Origin: an uncultured Armatimonadetes bacterium
GTDB taxonomy: Bacteria; Armatimonadota; Hebobacteria; Hebobacterales; Hebobacteraceae
Assembly: GCA_963716175.1 (NCBI GenBank)
Contig: OY970296.1
Coordinates: 672,001-736,000 of the forward strand
Direction: 5' to 3'
DNA: 64,000 bases
Below are positions 60,925-64,000 of the stretch, piece by piece. The translations under genes and the position numbers were made by a program. Under the pieces are notes generated by a model that saw only the letters and a program-made list of their open reading frames with translations, did no database searches and had not been told where the DNA came from. Within the stretch, counting starts at the first letter, position 1, and each line of letters opens with the position of its first letter.

Positions 60925-61224
60925 GTGCCGGCGGAGGGCGAGGCGATCGGCGGAGGCGCGGGGTTCCGCGCTCAGAACGAACCGGTCGCCCAGTTCGGCA
61001 TCCCGAGCGACGGCCCAGTGGCAGTGCGGCTGCGCTTCCCCGATGTCCGGGTTGGCTTCTGGGCGGGCACGGCGATCAAGGCCTGCGTGGATCACGGGGT
61101 GGTGAAGGGGTACCTGGACGGCCTCTACCATCCCAGCGACCCCGTTACCCGAGATCAGATGGCGGTCTACATCGCGCGGGCCTTCGATCTCATGGCCTGG
61201 GAATCGCTGGACAGGGACGCATAG
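60925..61224 (+). pseudogene. Isolated S-layer homology (SLH) domain, probably a gene remnant
   Basis: FPDV..GFWA...I......GVVKGY.DG.YHP..PVTRDQMAVYIARAF (61036 onward); no signal peptide or clear start. Confidence 0.65.
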
Positions 61225-61288
61225 AGCGCCGGTCATCCGAAGTCTAGATCATCCGACCCAGCTACTTGATGGTCTCGCTGAGTATCAG

Positions 61289-61415
61289 GACGGGGGGCGC
61301 GCGCACGTGGTGCCAGACGGCGCGCTCCCCGAGGTTGTCCATCGGGGAGCGCGCTGCCAGAAGCCGCCGTTATCTGCCGGCGCGTCCTCGCGACCATCGA
61401 GTGCCGCCCCCCGTC
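61289..61415. other. Long nested stem-loop element
   Basis: 11-bp outer stem GACGGGGGGCG/CGCCCCCCGTC and 13-bp inner stem GCGCGCTCCCCGA/TCGGGGAGCGCGC. Confidence 0.6.
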
Positions 61416-61517
61416 GCCGCCACTCCGTGCGGTTCTGGGCCAGGTGTATAATCGGGTTGCCCCCTCGATCGGGCCCGGTTGGGCCCTGAAGTCGGCACTG
61501 CGATCTGACCTTCCCAA

Positions 61518-62240
61518 TCACCTCGGCTCAACGGTGAAGTCGGGGGGCAGGGCGAGCTCGCCGTAGAGCTGACGCCTGTCTTCCTTGTCGCCCTCCTGAA
61601 TCTGGATGGCTACCTGGGCGACGGCCTCGGCCTTCTCGACCGGCACCACGATCACGCCGTCGCCATCGGCCACCATCAGGTCGCCAGGCCGCACGAAGAC
61701 GCCTCCACAGGTGATGGGCTGCTGGGTAGACTCCAACTCCAGCCGCCCCGGCCTGATCCCTCGGGCGACACCGCGGGAGTAGACCGGCACTTGCTGCTTG
61801 ATCAGCTCATCTGTGTCCCTGGCTCCCCCGTTGGTGACGGCCCCGCGAGCTCCCGCCGCTAACCAGGTGAGCGAGTTGTGGGAGCCGATGAAGCCGCAGT
61901 CCCGGACCCCTGCCGCATCAATCACCACTACGTCGCCAGGGCGGATCTCGCTCAAGATAGGGCCGCTGGCGAGCTGTCCGTACCATTCATCCTTCCATTT
62001 CAGGTGCTCCGCCACCGTGGCGAAAACCGGCGCCCTCCTGCTCGCCGGCACGAACCTGACGGTGTGGGCGAAGCCGCAGATCCGGTGCTTGAACCCCTCC
62101 GTGTCGCGCCACAGGGGACGGATCTCCGGATCCATCGTCCCCACATCCTGCAGCCCCACCGCGTCCATGCCATCGCAGACATCGGTTAGCCTCAGCCCCT
62201 CGTACAGCCTGAGGATGCTCTCTCGCACTGCCTGGTTCAT
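61518..62240 (-). CDS. RraA family / HMG-CHA aldolase-like protein
   Basis: DVCDGMD, G.AHTV, PGDVVVID, G.RGAVT.GG.RD..E, V.PGD...ADGDGVIVVP; RBS GGAGG. Confidence 0.88.
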   Translation of the reverse strand: MNQAVRESILRLYEGLRLTDVCDGMDAVGLQDVGTMDPEIRPLWRDTEGFKHRICGFAHTVRFVPASRRAPVFATVAEHLKWKDEWYGQLASGPILSEIRPGDVVVIDAAGVRDCGFIGSHNSLTWLAAGARGAVTNGGARDTDELIKQQVPVYSRGVARGIRPGRLELESTQQPITCGGVFVRPGDLMVADGDGVIVVPVEKAEAVAQVAIQIQEGDKEDRRQLYGELALPPDFTVEPR

Positions 62241-62514
62241 GGCGTCATCACCTCCACTCGATGATCCCGGCCGGCCCATAGCGAGAAGCTGCCGGACGTC
62301 TCCAAGGGTTTGCCTCCGAGGAGGGCCAATCCTGCCCATCCGACGAAGCCCTGGAGGAAACTACATTCGGGAAGAAACACTCTCCGGATGCAGAGAAGGC
62401 CGGCAGGTTCGACGCCAGGTCCCTCTCCTCACGCGGCGTTGGCACGGAAGGGCGTCCTCGTCTGTTAGAGAGCCCAGCGCTTCCCCGGGCGTGCGGCATC
62501 ACCCTCACCTCGAA

Positions 62515-62705
62515 ACCGCGGCCGTGCCGGAGGCGGAGCGCAGCTTCCGCGACCTCACCGGGTTCGAGGATCCATGGATGCGGAAGGCCGTGCTGGATGA
62601 CGGTTGCATCCCTGGCGAGGAATGGCGGAGTCCCATTGACGCGGATCGCGTGGCGGCCTAACATACGCGAGAGCGTCGCCCGACCTTACACTACGGTGGG
62701 GACAT
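62515..62705 (+). mobile_element. IS256-family remnant (transposase C-terminus and right end)
   Basis: AAVPEAERSFRDLTGFEDPWMRKAVLD...RVAA* resembles the IS256 C-terminal 'LLEAE..FR.L.G..DL..L.A.L'; followed by ACCTTACACTACGGTGGGGACA, a possible terminal IR. Confidence 0.5.
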
Positions 62706-62870
62706 GGCCCGTCCAGGAACAGGAGGCCCCATGCGCAGCCACTACGCGCAGGTCGGACCTGCTCTGCTGCAGAGGCTGGGGGCAGCCTGCGCTCAGGGCA
62801 CGGACGCCCCACGATGGACGAAGAGAGAAGAAGCTAGCACTGATGGCGGCGATGAGCTGAGGGCCTGACC

Positions 62871-63443
62871 GTGGAACCTGCGGCTGCTTCCCTGCTCGTC
62901 TACACCACGTGCGGCATCTGGGTGATCGGCGACCTGTCTCTGATCCTCCACGATCGCCGAAGGTCTGACGCATCCACAGACAGGGGAAGCCTGAGGCTCG
63001 TCCTGCTCGCGGTCCTCGCCGCGGCAGCGATCGGGTATGCTGCTTCCTACCTCCACGTCATGCGCCTGCCAGGAAGCAGGGCCAGCCAGATGCCCGTCGG
63101 GACAGGCCTGATGTGGGTGGGGATGCTCTTCCGCTGGTGGGCGGTCCTGACGCTGGGCCGGTTCCTCAGCGCCGTAGTGAGCATCAAGCGGGACCATCAG
63201 CTGATACGGAGCGGCCCGTACGCACACCTTCGGCATCCTGCTTACACCGGATCCCTGGTCAGCTTCCTGGGTCTCGGCGTTGCGCTCGGGAGCTGGGTGG
63301 CGGTAGTCAGCATGCCCATCGTGCTCTTCCTGGGCTTCCGATCCAGGATGACCCGTGAAGAGGAAGCGCTGATCGACGCGTTCGGCCAGCACTACAGGGA
63401 CTATATGCGCGAGACCAAGCGGCTGATCCCGGGCATCTACTGA
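62871..63443 (+). CDS. Isoprenylcysteine carboxyl methyltransferase (ICMT/PEMT) family membrane protein
   Basis: DRGS, RWWAV.TLGRF, H.LI.SGPY..LRHPAYTG, EE..L...FG..Y..Y...T.RLIPGIY. Confidence 0.9.
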   Translation: MEPAAASLLVYTTCGIWVIGDLSLILHDRRRSDASTDRGSLRLVLLAVLAAAAIGYAASYLHVMRLPGSRASQMPVGTGLMWVGMLFRWWAVLTLGRFLSAVVSIKRDHQLIRSGPYAHLRHPAYTGSLVSFLGLGVALGSWVAVVSMPIVLFLGFRSRMTREEEALIDAFGQHYRDYMRETKRLIPGIY

Positions 63444-63586
63444 GCATAGCAGGCAGCCATCGCCAGGCTGGCTCGGCAGCCCGGAGGGGCCGCAGCAGGC
63501 GGTCGGATGCGATCGGCGGCGACGGCAAGGACCGGACCCGCGTGCCCCTCCAGAGTCACCGGAGGGACGGAGGACTCGGCCGCGCT

Positions 63587-64000
63587 CTACACGGACCCTC
63601 GCCACGGATCAATGCTTCTTCGGTCCTCCAGGTAGCCCGCAACCTGTTCCCGCCATCGTGCCGCAGCGTCGAAGTCCACCTCAGCGACCGCGAGGCCCTC
63701 GCCGTCCTCCACTTCGGCCAGCACTCGACCCCAGGGCGCAATGATGGAGGACTGGCCGATGGACGAGAAGCGCGCGGATTCGTCGCAAGGTCCGTACCGA
63801 TTCGCAGAGAGGAACCAGACGGTGTTCTCCACCGCCCGAGCCACCCCCACCGCCCGGTACTCCTGCTGGTCATAGCCCAACTCCACCCAGGACTCGGCAG
63901 TCAGCCAGTTCGTGGGGTGCAGAATCAGCTCGGCCCCGCGGTCAACCAGGCCTGAGATGTAGCCTGGGAAGATGAAGTCGTAGCAGATCGTGACCGCAGC
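63587..64000 (-). CDS. Carbon-nitrogen hydrolase (nitrilase) family, truncated by the window edge
   Basis: TICYDFIFP, GAELI..P, ARAVEN, SANR.G, GQS.II.PWG. Confidence 0.88.
   Translation of the reverse strand, partial: AAVTICYDFIFPGYISGLVDRGAELILHPTNWLTAESWVELGYDQQEYRAVGVARAVENTVWFLSANRYGPCDESARFSSIGQSSIIAPWGRVLAEVEDGEGLAVAEVDFDAAARWREQVAGYLEDRRSIDPWRGSV

Noticed and set aside
62400-62430. GGTTCGAC T-loop-like motif suggesting a tRNA or att site
   Set aside because: The flanks do not form a 5-bp T-stem, and no cloverleaf or CCA end is present.
1-64000. rRNA, tRNA, CRISPR arrays, prophage or defence systems
   Set aside because: No signatures were recognised by eye; a covariance-model scan would be needed to exclude small RNAs.

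Overview
GC-rich bacterial chromosomal window. Armatimonadota-like origin is inferred from the DUF6785/6784-type membrane proteins, an SLH domain ending VTRDQMAVYIARAF, several URO-D-family paralogs and outer-membrane barrels. From left to right it contains: (i) a carbohydrate/amide catabolic region (1-25.7 kb) with two DUF6785-type transporters, an enolase-superfamily enzyme, ROK protein, esterases, PIG-L deacetylase, amidohydrolase, cupin, GH-like proteins, a HisKA_2 kinase/REC pair and a creatininase + URO-D pair; (ii) a complete phosphate regulon (phoB-phoR-porin-phoU2-pstS-pstC-pstA-pstB-phoU, 25.9-35.4 kb) with two arrays of 11-bp-periodic TTAACC Pho boxes; (iii) a decayed accessory patch (35.6-43.6 kb) with a DUF2924-element remnant, gene fragments and an ECF sigma factor carrying a duplicated C-terminal domain; (iv) a metal-uptake operon (43.7-47.8 kb) with a near-consensus sigma70 promoter, a DUF2946-like CxxC/RSPP leader ORF, a His-tailed outer-membrane barrel, a ZnuA-like protein and a ZnuB-like permease but no ATPase; (v) GH140-like, CapA, HD-GYP, sugar ABC, RraA, ICMT and nitrilase genes, two structured intergenic elements and an IS256 scar. 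Five genes are split by 1-2 bp indels in homopolymer or dinucleotide runs, most likely assembly errors. No rRNA, tRNA or CRISPR array was recognised. The best candidate for an undescribed system is the leader-peptide-controlled, ATPase-less metal uptake operon. All family assignments come from motif recognition by eye, not from database searches.
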